Origin: Thalia democratica
Taxonomy: Eukaryota
Reading direction: 5' to 3'
Assembly (NCBI GenBank): GCA_965202585.1
Contig: OZ241826.1
Span: forward strand, 70,432,001-70,496,000
DNA length: 64,000 nucleotides
Shown here in pieces: positions 38,030-51,900 of the stretch (the first letter of the stretch is position 1; every line of letters begins with the position of its first letter). The notes below the pieces were generated by a model, which was not told where the DNA came from, searched no databases, and worked only from the letters and a program-made list of their open reading frames with translations. Made by a program: the position numbers and the translations under genes.

Positions 38030-39541
38030 CTTCTATTTTAACATTAAAACTAGCTTTCCAAGAAATTTCGGTTTTTTATCTTCCAAGCCCATCTACGGTG
38101 TCGCAGACATGGTGTAAAATATTTGCTCGGAACCGCGCAATTAGATTTGAGTGTGTCGTAATCGAGTTAAGAGCGCAATCAGGATGGGTGCTAAACGAAG
38201 GTCGAGAAAAACAAGATAGCAGCGTGATAGACGTTGGGAAAAGCGAATTTGATCAGTTTTTTTTTTTTTCATTGCTTTCGCAACATGGCCAACTCAGAAA
38301 TACGAAGCCCGCCCGCGGCTAAAGTCTCGCTGGCGTTTTTTGTACTAAAATGACGGCGAAAACTTGTTTAAATGAACAACAAGCTTTCTAGTTAACAATA
38401 AATAAAAATGCGAGCGCGCAAACGAGTATATTTTGATTAATCGCCGAACAATTAGTTTTGTGCCTTGAAAACAAAACAATTTGCTTCAGCTGTGTGGTGG
38501 TTTGCCTTTTCGGTATAATTGCGGTTGGGTTAGAAATTAGCAATTCTTACAGTATAAATAAAGTTTAACTAGACAGACGAACTTTCGCGATTTCATTCAG
38601 GCGCTGTCTGAAAAGCGGATTACAAATAGCACACTTGCAATAATCCATCGCGATGGCTTTATACGGCGTTATTAAAAACCGTTTTGCTGCAGCACCGCGC
38701 TACAGTTTACATTTCCACAAAACTTTTTTTACTTTCCGAGCTTTGAAGGTCAAATCTGGCTGGCAATACACGAGAAAAGCTCTCGGCGGGCTGGTAAGCG
38801 GTGGTGGCGAGACATTAAATTTCCATAAAACATGACCTAATCTATCCGCCGTCCTCAAGCGGGTATCAAACGTTGCTGACCTCTGCGAGAGAGAAGCAAA
38901 CACAGCGCACTGCAGCAGAAAGTAGCGAGTATTAAGTGGTTAATCCGAGATGAGGCAGCGCTAATCTCTTTTTCATCGAGAAGCTGTGCAGCGCGCTTGG
39001 CGGCGACGGCAAAACGGCCGCTTGGCGGCGCTGGGAAGTTCGCGAGGCAGTGCGAAAAAGAAGAGAAGCGCGAAGAAGACGGCAGCCGAGAATCGCTCGC
39101 GGAACAGACGCTCCGATGGCAAGCAGTTTGTTGAGAGCTCGACACCAGACAGATCACAGATGTCAGGCTCTGCTTTTCATAATGAAGTGCAGGCTTGATA
39201 GGTCAATGAAAAGCTTTTGATTAGCGCAGAGAGTTCAGTTGGCGACAGACAGAAAGCTGTTTTTCGCCGGAAACTAGTCGAGTGGTTGTTGATTGTCGCT
39301 TGTTAGCGTTTTGGAAATAATAGGGCAATAAGTCGCGCGCAGCCGACACAGTTTGTTATTGACCGCTATTTTGATTACGATAAGCTTTCAATTGAAAGCG
39401 CCACTCACCGTAGTGCGTATGAGTGCTTTCAACTCGTTAGCGTGACATTGAGTTTTAATCGTGTTGTTATTTTTTCCACAGAGCTTATTGTTTTTTAGAG
39501 CGTAGTAGTATAGTATTTGTGAATGCGGTAAGCGATTGGTG
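38030..39541 (+). promoter_or_regulatory. Promoter / 5' UTR region of the CILP-like gene
   Basis: About 1.3-kb CpG-rich island directly upstream of the first coding exon. Three TAATCC sites (38617 rc, 38641, 38941). Probable acceptor ttttttag at 39497-39498. The TSS cannot be determined. Confidence 0.5.
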
Positions 39542-42500
39542 ATGGTAGCCGTTTGTCGCCCCCTGCACTGCCATGCCACCCGACTCGTCCTGCTGCTGAT
39601 GCTTATGGTGGCACCTCATGTGATTTTCGCCTACAAAAGAAAGTTTACTAAGTTGAAACCAGGTTTGTTTAGGGTTGTTTAATTTTGATTTTGAGTACGA
39701 TTTGAGCAAGAGCTTATTTTTTTAGTACAACTTGCATGATTAAAAGTAAAAAGGTATTTTAGTTTTTGCTGGTTTAGTAGTACATGCTAGTTAAATAAAA
39801 ATTCAACTTTATCAGAATATTATAAAAACAACACAAATTAAAACGTATATTTATGTTATAATATCTGATCAGCAAAAAATAAGTAGTAAAACTTACGTCT
39901 GTTAACGCTTAAAATATACTTTTTACTTAAAAATTACTTGAGCATCAAATGTTACATTTTAAAAATTATAGTACTTTTTGGAAAGTACTAGTTTACATTT
40001 AAATATTATAGTTTTATTTAGCTAGCGACTTCCAAAGTCGCATTTAAGCTGCGCATTAAAAAAGAGTAAAGGGTATGTTAATATTATAAAATTACTCGTT
40101 TAATATTTTTTTTGAGTTCTGTTATAGTTTTATCTAAATTAGTTTTAAAAGGTTTTAAGTTTAAACAAACATAATGTTGAAAATAACCATTTTATATTTC
40201 TTCACTAAGTTTTTTGTGCACAGTAAAAAAAATAAAAAAAGAACTTTTAGAAGCACTCTTTTTCAAGCTGTTTTAAAGTTTATTTATTTCAATTTCATCA
40301 ATAACAGACGGGTTAATTTCTACACCAGAGGCTTTGGAGCAAGGCCCAATACTGGTTTCCCGAAGAGTTTCCAAAACGTCATCAGAAATCGTCACCGAAG
40401 CTTGGAACAAGACAACAAGTCATGGCACAAGCAACGTAAGAAATCAACCTTTGAACAGGCGAAGACTGACAAAGTCTAGGAAAAAAGTTCAAAAGTCTAG
40501 TTATGACCTTGGTCGTCAAGTGCCGCGAAATAAAATCAGGCGGAAGTATCGTCCAAAGCACGGAAGAACCAGAATACGAAGGAAGCGAAAAACATTCGCC
40601 GGGTTCAATCTGCTGTGGGTCATATCGTCGAAGATCGACAAGAGCAGCGTGGAAACGCTTTCCACGATGTCAAGAAGACATTTTCGTCACAACCGGCAAA
40701 TCATCACTTTGAACTCGAAACTGCCGCGTCTGCTTTTGAGGCACGAGAGGCCTCAGCTGGACCTCGTGCCAGTTGCGGGAAGAAGAAACAGAGATGAGAA
40801 TAAAATTAAAAGTTTGGAAAACTCCGGTAGGACTGCAAAGAGACCCCGATCGAGAAAGAAAAGCAGCAGAAGCTTTGTGGAAGTTGAAACGGTGTTCAAA
40901 GTCGATAAAGCTCCAAAAGATGGGTTGGTTAATTTTAGCTTATAAAGTGTTATATCAATTGATCAAATAGTTTAATACTTTTTTAGAATAAGGATGCTAG
41001 CTGTCATATTAACAATCAGTTACGTAATGAACTTTAACAAGTTTTTTAAAACATGACAAAGTTAAACTCTCACTTTCAGGTACTTGTTCACTGCAAGGGC
41101 AGTAGACAGCAACCTGAAGCCGGAATCTTTTAAAAACGACGAAGCAATGACGTCATCAGTGGCCTCATGGTTCGGGGTGCACTGCAGAAGCACGGAAAGA
41201 GGGTTCGCGTTGAGGCTGGAATACCGTAACCCGAGACTCAAGCGAAAGTTCACTGAGGAACTGCATAGCGAAAGCTTTGTGCTTGATCGCTGGAACAAGT
41301 TAGTTGTTGTTTGAACTTTGCAAAATTTTCAACTAAAACTTTTTTTTACCTGCTGTATTAATTAGTTCTGTATACTCTTTACTATATTTTATTGACTTTA
41401 AGTTGGAATAATCCATTTAGCTTTAAGTAGAATTTAGATGCAAACGAATTTGTACACTAAAAGATTGATTGCTTTAACAAAAAAAAAGTAAAAGAATTTA
41501 ATAAATTCTTCCAATTTGTTTCATAGAAAAAGTCATAACTTTATTATGGTCTTCATTTTGATTTATTTATTTAAGTGTTTATGGTTGAAATAAGTAACAA
41601 AGCTAAAAACCACTAAATTTTATAACCAATTTATCTTAATCAGCTGATTTAACTACGTCACGATCACCTTTACGGGAGGTCTTTTTAAACAAAATGCTTT
41701 CATTTAACTGGCATAAGCCTAATTAAAACAAACTATCAAAAAATAAATTTCAATCAACCATTTTGTAAATGTTGATGATATCGCAGACTACGCTAAATGT
41801 ATTCTGTATTTATATTGTTCAGTCAAAACATCCATGTTTGTTTAACAAGTTGCTTCAAAAGTTTTAAAAAGGCCGATATCTTTTCAAAATCATTTCAAGT
41901 GAAGTCAAAACCGCACAGTAGTTAAATACATCCTTATATTGTCATGTAATAGCCGCTAGTACAAACAGTACGGTCACTAAAACGATAGTAAAACAATTGA
42001 GCTGCATTTCTTAAAAGCTCTCAATCAACATTTTATTGGAAGCTCGTCGTTTACCATGAAATTTGTTTGCCATTTCCTATATGCATCTCAAATTTAGTTT
42101 AATGCTTTGTTTTAGTAATCGTTAAGCGGGTGTGAAAATCTATAAACTTAGTATTTAAGCATTTGTAACAAGTTTTATTGTTCCGAAAAAAAATATTCTA
42201 TAAATAGTTTAATAAAAAAACTAAATTTTTTACCGGTTTGTTTAGCTAAACATGGTAAATTTTCTTAATGTTTTTAATCCGTAATCTCATTACATTAATT
42301 ATTAAAAAACTAAAATTTATAAGTTTTGACTTAAAAACATTTATTAATGTTCGTTTTTCGTTAACGGTTAGCACAAAATCCATCAAAAGTTCTACAAAAA
42401 AACCCTTTTATGCTTTACCCGACTATGAAGTACACACAAAAAATATTTACCTCCACACAACCGAACATTAAAAGGCCAAGCGCGCACCCAATATACATAC

Positions 42501-42950
42501 TTGCCGAGTGTTTGAACGACACTAAGCAATAACTTGCTTCAAAAAAACAACAACGACGGTAAACATCAGTTGACTTCAAAGCAATTTTGCTAAACAGATT
42601 GGCGATAAGGATTAATTTCAGCGCGAAAATCATTACTTATTGGATCAACTGCACCCCAAACACGGTGCAAATAAAGTTGTCACCGGAAAACACCACAACA
42701 GGCGAGCTGAAGTATTCTTACTACACAATTTTCAAGCTGCTGCAGTCTCAGGAAAGCTCACCCGACACGGCTAATGGCCAATCAAATATGCAGGTGAAAG
42801 TTTTATTTCGCTTTATTTTTTGAATATGTCTGTGCGCGTAAAACAGTGTATTTATTCTTTGTTGTGCACAGGTATCTTTGAGAACGCTCATAATCAGCGA
42901 CGGTGGGACAAACCAAGCTCCGAAGCAGTGCACTTCTATAATGAGCCGAA
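39542..42950 (+). CDS. Exons 1-5: signal peptide, R/K-rich propeptide, TSPN/laminin-G-like domain
   Basis: MVAVCRPLHCHATRLVLLLMLMVAPHVIFA signal peptide; GFNLL...; GYLFTA; LDRWNKLAIRIN...ITYWINC (the TSPN WHxLAxxV...LYxDC pattern); LRTLII...C. Confidence 0.7.
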
Positions 42951-45900
42951 GTAACTCACTTGTTTAGTTGAATTACGTAAAAATAAAAATTATCAAACTA
43001 AAATTATGAAGCAAAGCAAACTTGCAGCTTTTACAAAAATACAAACACTAAAATAAGCACGAACAAGAAAATACGACAACAGTAACTTACAAAAATATTA
43101 AACAAATCACACCAGGGTGTCCCCACGGCAAAGTGTTCATGGGCTGCGGTCCGAGCTGCGTGGTCACGTGCGCCTCGTTGGAAAACTTCAGCTACCAATC
43201 GTGCACGAGGTCGTGCGTGCAGGGCTGCCACTGCCCCTTCGGTCAGGTCATGCACCTGGGCGCGTGCACCCCCGTGAAGAACTGCCCCTGCGTCGTCATG
43301 AAACAGACTTTTCCGGCAAACTCGAGAACGGAGATAAATAATGAACAGTGGTGAGTATTTTTTTTTGTAGACTATAAAGATGTATGTTAGCTCTTACTTA
43401 GTCTACATGTTTAACTAAATTTTAAACAAATATGTAATATTATTTATATGTGGATAATATACATTGTATAGATGTGACTGAAACTTTTTAGCTACTAGTA
43501 ACAAAAAATGCTTTACTTAGAATGTGCATGTGTTCAAAGACATTTAGTTATAAAAGCTCACGATATATAACTATTTTAACATTTTTTTCGGAACCTTTTA
43601 ATACTTGTAAACAACTTTAAAAAATAACGGTGTACAAAATACATATTTTCTATACTATGGTGAGCCAAAGTATTTTTCATAATCTCATCAAGAATAAAAC
43701 ACAATTTTAGTTGTGTTTAAAAATTAATATGTTAAAAAATTAAATTTTTGTTCAAGTATTAAAAATTATAAATTTAAGTATTTAAATTTTTATGAAAATT
43801 GTTAACTAAATGTTGAATTTTTTTTGTAGTATTTACATTACTGGTATTTACACGAATTTCATTGAAATGCAAAACTAATGAGTATAAATGACGAGAAATT
43901 TTTAGAATGGGCTAAGTTAAAAACTAAAATCAATGGCGCGTAGAAAATTCCCTATTTCGAAAACTTTATTCACGTCAGTCAACAAGTGGAGTTATCATTA
44001 ACTTGAAGTTATTTACTGTCAATTTTTCTCATCCCCGGCACAAGTCAATGTTATTCCGGTTCAAAAATTCATGTTTTGCTGCACGCACACAAGCTCACAG
44101 TTGAACTGAAAACTTTATTTTTCACCAACGGCGGCTAATCTGGTTATAATTAACTTTTTCTGCTGAGAATTTTTCGACACGATATGTTTTGCATTGTCAG
44201 CTCGCGACAGTCATAAACTGTGTTTTCAATTTAGCACGTGCCTCAATGGGAGATGGAGTTGCTTTGCAGCAGCCAGAATACGTGAGGGACCGAGAAGCCA
44301 GCGAGTTAAGCTGCGTTCGAACCTGACGCTGTCGTGCAAAGTCATCGGCAGGCCGCTGCCCACCGTTAGATGGGCAACGCCGAAAGGTGTTAAATACAAC
44401 ACAAGTAAGTGTATATTTTTATTCTGTGTATAAATTTTTTCAGTTTTGTTGCAGTTGAAGTAGTTTAAACAAAAGTTTTTAAACTGAAAAGTGGTAAACT
44501 GGTATCTTTTTCTATACTGCTAATTATTTTTCAGTAAGAACACTAGTTTAAACTTACGTGAAACTTTACAAGATAATAACTGGTTACAATTTCAAAAATT
44601 TTTAAACCGCAGCTTTAACAAACGGTGGCCGCTTATCGCTGCTTCACGTTTGGCCGGTGGAAGAAAACTCGGGTGGAAATTACACATGCGTTGCGTCACG
44701 TGGTACATGGAGCATGAGCTCCTCCGCTCGAGTCAACGTCTTCGACTCTCCCAAAATCACCTCACTTCCTCAGACCGTTTCTGCGAAAATCGGGTAGACT
44801 AAACTGCTCATTTTTTTGCATAAAAACTCACTAAACTTTGTTTTATTTTTAAAGTCTTACTTGCAGTGTAAAGAATACGTAACCAACTAAACAAAATTTA
44901 ACTTGTGTAAAACTACATTTTAATCTTTATTGATTACAGTAGTGTACTTTGAAACAAAAACTTAAAACTTTTTGAAAACATTACCAATTAGAAATTCTCA
45001 ATACACACAGAGATCCAATTGTGGTGATCGACTGCCACTTGACCGGACTTCCACCGCCCAGGGTGTCGTGGGCCAGGACCGGCGGCCAGGGGTGGCCGGA
45101 AAACACCAGCTACGACTGGGTGGCGAAAGGCGTGGCTCGGCTCAAAATAACTAACGTAAGCGAACCAAACTTTAAAAAATAAAAAAAGATATTAATTCTT
45201 TTTTTTTCAGGTCAAACAGTCGAACGCAGGGGAGTATTGGTGCTACGGGAGCAACGGCGACAACAGCACCTCCAAATCGGTCGTCCTCCTTGTCCAGGTT
45301 CCTCCTCCGAACAGCCTCGCCTTCAGCAAGGCGCCCCAGGACATCTGCGTGAGGAAGGGAAACAGCGCAGTGTTCCCGTGCAAGGTGGGAATTCTTATTT
45401 ATATTTTATGTTAAGTAAGGTGGTTAAGAGCCTGGATTTTTTTTGTGAAAAGCTGAAAGTTTTCATCTTAGTTAACATGCACGTTATTTCAGCTTAATAA
45501 CCTTTAGGTTAGATTCTTAGATTTATTTTAAGCTTATACTGAAGTAAGCATATTTTGATCGCAAGCTTGAAACTTAAAATAATAGTTAAGATAAATAAAT
45601 CATCATATACCTTTACTTATAAGACCTGTCTTGTGTTAAGGCTTTATTAAAAATCTGTTCATATTAAATTTAAAAAAGTATTAAATTTATCAAGTATAAA
45701 AATACTTTTATCATAAGTATAAGTACAGTTTTGCAGACTTAAATTGAAAATTTTAAAGTTTTTATCATGAAGCAATTAAACTTTACATTCACGTAAATTT
45801 AACTAATTTTAATGAAAATGAGCAAATTAGCAAAGAAGAATAGCGTGTTATTTTATACTTGTGATTAATTTAAAATACTATATAAATAAGCTTTGTATGA

Positions 45901-48900
45901 CTAAAAAAATTAAGACTAAACTATGAAATAAAAAACTTAATCATTTTGCGAAAATAAAATATTAAATGTTTTTACACAAATAGAACAGTTTTAACACGCA
46001 AAAAAAATGCATATAAAATAAATTATAATATTTTAATATTCAGTAACTAACTAATATAGATGTAACAAATTTACCATTCTTTGCAATAAATAACTTGGTG
46101 GAAAAGCAAAAAAAAACGATGTTTAAAAAACATTAAACCGAAAGCGCCAAATTAAGCTCGAAAACATGTTACAGTGCAAATTTTAATCAGCCAACATTAA
46201 AGTTTTCTATCGGTGAAATGTGTTCGACAAACATTAAAATCTTGTTATAGTGTGCTGTGGTCGCAGTTTCTGCTCGAAAACAAAATATGGACACATCCTT
46301 ACAATTTACTCATAAAACTTAAGAGCATTAAATAATTATTTAATCCACTGTTTAGTAAACACGCGTAAGTTTTCTCATCTAGTAACCTACGACTGAGTTA
46401 TCGTTAGATTTTAATCGAATTCCGTCACGATGGTATATATTTGCTTTAAAATTATCATACTTTTTTACCACCCTGATTAAATCAATGCCTGTTGGACTAG
46501 ACGATAAAAACTACTGGATAGGTTAATTAATCATACACCCTTATTCGCTTTGTTTTTTCAACACAATGGTGAATCTGTCAAATACGCGCTAAAATCAAGA
46601 TATCGTGCAGATAAGGTAGATAATTACCCTAGCATTTTCAGGTACCGAATATAGAAGTTTGGATACACTAAACTAAATTTTGATACCAAACAAACATATA
46701 ATTACTTAATCTTTAACTTTAATGGTTTAAGAAGTGTTTCGGAACGACTTTGTCAGATTAGAACACTTTGAGTTTACTTAAATCTAATGTCTGCATCCTA
46801 TCTACCAACACATGCTATCAAAAGTTTTAAGACGGATTTAACACAAATTTTTCAATTATTTTTTGTAAGAAAGCTGCAATTAAATAAAAGTTTTTTTTTT
46901 TTAAATATATCAAATTGAAAACTATAAATAGCTATTTTGTATTTTTTTGATAATTTTTTTTTTTCATTATTTATATGTTTAAAATTTTTTAAATTAGATA
47001 TTTTGTTTTCGAAATTGTAAAAATTATTTAATAAACACCTTTCTTTTTTCATTTGAATGTATTTTGATAAAGCTTTTTATCAAAAAATAGTCTAAAAACA
47101 ATAACTGTTGTATGCTTAACATTCATGTACATTTTAAAAATTTGAAAAATGCTGTTTGAAAGGTCAGTATAAACGTTTTCGCTTAAAGGATTAAGTTCTT
47201 TAGCAATATTCAACAAAACAGTTAGAATGAACATGTCTTATCAAACAATCAAATTTGGCATAAATCGCTGTGGTTTTAATTTTAATCATGTTTAGTTTAA
47301 CATAAAATTCACAGCTTTTGTGAAGTTTATTGCTGTATGATTTTTTATTTAACTTATTTTGTAGAATTATAAAACGAAGTTTAAATATTTGATTCAAAAA
47401 TAAAACATTTTATTTGTTTTATAGTTAAGGTTGCTCTTAATTAAAACGTGAATACTTCTATTCAAAAATAAACTAATTTTCTAGTAAATGGTGTTTGTTT
47501 TGTGAAATATAAGCTTAAGAAAAGTTGAGTGTTGAAACGACAATGAATGTCTTAATTATGTTTATGTTGTTTTTAATAATCTTTAATTATTTCAAAATTG
47601 ATATTTACTTAAGCAATACATACAACTATACCGAACTAAAAGCCTTTAGAAAGTATGTTCTTTCTATAAACATTTTATTTATTTTTGCTTTATATAAGCG
47701 GTAATTGAATTATTTATTTACAGGTAATTGGTCACAGCTTGGAAACGGTAGTCACGTGGCTGAAGGACGGCTTTCCATTGGACGTCAGCTCTCGTCAGCT
47801 TCGCAAGTACCGCTACAAACTGATCGTGCGAAAAGTGACGAGAGAAAACGCGGGAATCTACACATGCCGGGTCACGAGCGTCAACAACCAAACGATGAAC
47901 GCGCAGGGAAGGCTCATGATAAAAGGTCGGTGTTCGTGTCGTAACAACGCCGATTGCATGACAATAACAAATAAAATGTTTAAAATTAGATTACATCTGG
48001 TTTAGTTGAAGAAGGATTTTGTATAAATTGCTAACAAGTGTAAGTTTTGACTATAAGAAAAGGGTGATTAATAGAACATTAGATGTTAAAAAAAGTAATT
48101 TAAGAAAGGTTAACTTAATATAGGTAAAACTTATTTAAAAAGAAATTGTTATAAACACTTTAGTGTATCTTTTTTTAAAACAGAAAGAACTTTTTAACAA
48201 AATTTTTATGAACTTATATAAAATAAACACAAACTGCAAAATTAGAACGAATTCTATTTTTTTAATTATGTTTGTTAATATTTTGTAAGTAATAAAAACT
48301 TTGAAAAAAACAAAAACGAACGTAAAAACATGTAACTAGTAAAATAAATCTTTTGTTTCCAATACTATAGTATTTTAGTAATTTTGTTATTTGTTTTTGA
48401 TTGCTACAACGATAACCAAATTTCGAACTTTCGTATATTTCAAGCTGTCAAAAATGATGAATTGCGCTTGAAATTTATCACAGAGACTAACTCTACCCCT
48501 TTTCTACCTTTACGTAGAAAGCCACCGACTAATTTTAATTTATTTCGTTTCTATGGGTGGTCTGCTGACCGCACCATCACTCAGTAACTCGTAGCGACAA
48601 GCTAAGAACTTAACGTGCTTTTAATTTTCTACCTGGTAAACAGACAGGGCAATAAAATTAACCATAAGCTTTTATAAGTTTGTTAGTTTTTTAATACTCA
48701 GCCATTTATTTTTTCAAATAAAATTCCAAATTTTGTGTTATATCTAATTAAGTGTCATTTATAAACAAACTTTAGGTAAAATGCAAACGTGGTCTTCATG
48801 GTCGCAATGCAGTGCGACTTGTGGCGAAGGTGTCATGACCAAAAGAAGAACTTGCACCGGAATTCCACCTAATTCGAAAACTTGCCACGGAAAGTTCGAA

Positions 48901-51900
48901 ATATCTAAAAAATGCAACCAGCAAAACTGCCCAGGTGACAAGTTAAACTAAAATTTAAGATGTTAGGCGAGTAAAACTTAGGTAGTTCAAAAAAGTCTTG
49001 GGCAAAAACTTGTTAAAGAAAGCGTAAATTTTAGTGTTTTATGTTTAAAGATAAAACTATTGAAAGTTATGAATTAAAATTATTGAAATTAAATTAATTT
49101 AAAGCTAAATTTATAAAAATGGTTTAAACCTTTAAACACGGTTTATCTCATATAATTAAGAAAATATGATCTGACAAAACTTAAAAATGTTTCTTACATA
49201 AATTTACGATTTGTTTCAAAATTTTTTTTTCGAGACGGTTAGACGGACTTTAATTGTCAGAAATCATGTTTCAATATATTGCGTGAAGATATTACTTGGC
49301 TGCCGCTTATCGGCGTACTAAGTTATATTGAAAACTGCCAAAAATAGTTTTTAGCGGTGAAACTCTCAAATTTAACAGAAGTAATTTTACGGCTAGAAAA
49401 CTAAAGGAGAGTTTTAAGCACATTAACAGAAGTAACTAAATTTATAGCTAGTCTAAAAAAAGTTTTGCGCTAAATACACTAAAGTTTGTTTTTTATAAGG
49501 AGTCTGCTCAAGTTTTGGAGATTCAAACTACACAACTTTTGACGGTTTGACTTACAACTTTAAAGGAAACTGTGGATATGTGCTGGCTCAAGACGTGCCT
49601 GGAAACAATTTTAAGGTTTCTGTTGATCAAAAAATACTTATCATGTAATTTTTTCCAATTAATATATTACTAGTACTTTTATTTCGTTTTAAGTATAATA
49701 TAAGTTTTAAGTTGAGCAAATATAAAGTTTTTTTTAGTCTTTTAAACTTTACAAACTTCATGTCCCAGAAAGTAATCAACACGCGAAAATCAATTTGTTA
49801 CTCAAAGTGTGAAATTCACTGTTTGAGCTACACCCAATCAATGGACGTGAAATTTTTAACTAGCGATACAAATTAGATATGTTTGTTTAATATGCATGGA
49901 GGTGTAGCTACATGTCATTAAATTGGCTGGCCTTAATTTACTGAAAACATGTTGCATTATTAAGTTCTATTGTGTTGCAGATGGTAAACAAAATGCGTTG
50001 CGCCACACGCACAAAAAGTTAATATAAAAGATTACTCGCTTATCAATAATTTTAACTTGATGTCCTTTTAAGAACAATTTTGATTAAAAGTCAGGTCATA
50101 TGGAGGTTAAGTCATGTAGCAGTAACAAAAGAACTTTTCATTGTTACTTTAGAAGCTGTTTTTCACAGATTAGTATATACTAAATGGTTATTTCTTAACT
50201 ATTTTTAAATTACCAAAAAAGTTTTCAACATACTTTTGATAATTAAAAACATAATTCCATTTTTATCTTATCTTGGTTAGCTTCAACTTCATTTAAAAAC
50301 GACGAATCATCAGTAATACTTAACCGAATAAATTTGTTAATATTATGATAGTTAAAAGTTAAACTTCGGTACTTGCATTTTTACAACTACAATAACAGGA
50401 AATTTAGTTTTGCTCACATCCTTTTTTAATTAAGTTAATTTAGTTACTGTAATGATAATTTATTGAAACTAGAATTGTTTAAAACTCTTTTTAAACTTTA
50501 TTTATGAGTACCGTCATCAAAACATCTAACTTTGTAACATGTGCTTTTACAGACATCCAATATATAGAAACTTTTTTTTTTAATTTAATAAATGTAATAC
50601 TTGGAACAAACCAGGTTATCTTGTACAACCATGATTGCAAAGGAACGCAAGTAAGCTGCATGCAAAAAGTGAGAGTGGTTCTAGGATTTTCAACTCTTTC
50701 AGGATTCGTTGAAATAAATCGCGACGGTTTAGTAATGTTCAACAACTTTCCAATAACTCTACCTCACGTTTCGAACGAAGAACAGCTTTTCATTGACTAC
50801 GTTAGTTTACTTAGAATATAAAACTTTTTATTGTTCAAAACAATTAAAAAAAACTATTTGTAAATATAAAAATGAAAGTCTAACAGCTTAAACTAAACTA
50901 ACTGCTCAAGTATGATGTTAAAAAGTTTTAAACTTGATAACTAAAACATTGAACTATAAAAGAAATAACTTAATAAAACCTTGTTAGGTTGGTCTATATC
51001 TTACGGTGAAAGTATCAGAAGAGTTAGAAATCAGATGGGCCATTCCAAACCGTTTGTACGTGACAGTTGCCGGCAAATACTTTTCTCGCACCCAAGGACT
51101 TTGTGGAAATTTCGACAAAAATCCGTCGAACGAGTTAAAGACGCGAAGTGGTCAAGTTTTGTCCAAAGTGTTCAACTTCGGCAAAAGCTGGGAGAATTTC
51201 GAAGATGGACAGTTTACGTTAGTTGAAACCTTCGGTAAAAGCTTATATATATTTGTTGATAAGCTCTAGAAACTAAAATTTATACATTAATTTTACTTAA
51301 AGTCTACCGAATAACAGGACATTTAGCACTCGATAAAACTAAAAAGTCGACAGCCAATTGTCTTTATCAAAACGCACGACAAAAACTGTTTACCATTACA
51401 GGAGGTGCTCGGCAGCACAGCTGATATACGATGAGTGCGCGGCAAACAAGACCAGAATGAGGGAGGCAAGGGAGAGGTGCATCTACATTAAATACTCGAA
51501 GAGCTTCAGGAAGTGCCATCAGGCCGTCGACCCCGAACGCTTCATCAAAACGTGCATCAGCGACATTTGCAGCACTACATTCGAGGTTTGAGTTAATGTT
51601 TGGTTTTAAGTTGAAATTTGTGACATCTACTGCACAGCAGTGTTGCTGATCACAAACATTACATAATTTTCATTTTATAAATTACAAATGACGCCTGCTA
51701 ATTCAAAAGTTAAGCCAGGCGCTCAAAGATTACTGAGTAATTAGTAAACAATAAGATCACTTACAACATGAGATACTACTACATCACCATGTTGAAGTTG
51801 AAAAGTTTAAAGCTTTTATTTGTTTTTCAGGACACTAACATCTACTTTTGCATGGCACTTTCAGCGTACGCTGAAGAGTGTTTGAGAAAGGGAAAAGTTG

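Noticed and set aside
38855-39198. ORFs at 38855-39157 (-) and 38986-39198 (+)
   Set aside because: Non-ATG starts inside a CpG-rich promoter/5' UTR island, with no motifs.
48384-48587. ORF containing GWSA, a possible extra TSP1 exon
   Set aside because: No compatible phase or Cys pattern. Exon 11 splices in frame directly to 48776.
51218-51236. Alternative donor ttcg|GTAAAA for exon 15
   Set aside because: Phase 1 does not fit the phase-2 acceptor at 51402; the GTTAGT donor at 51218 preserves the frame.
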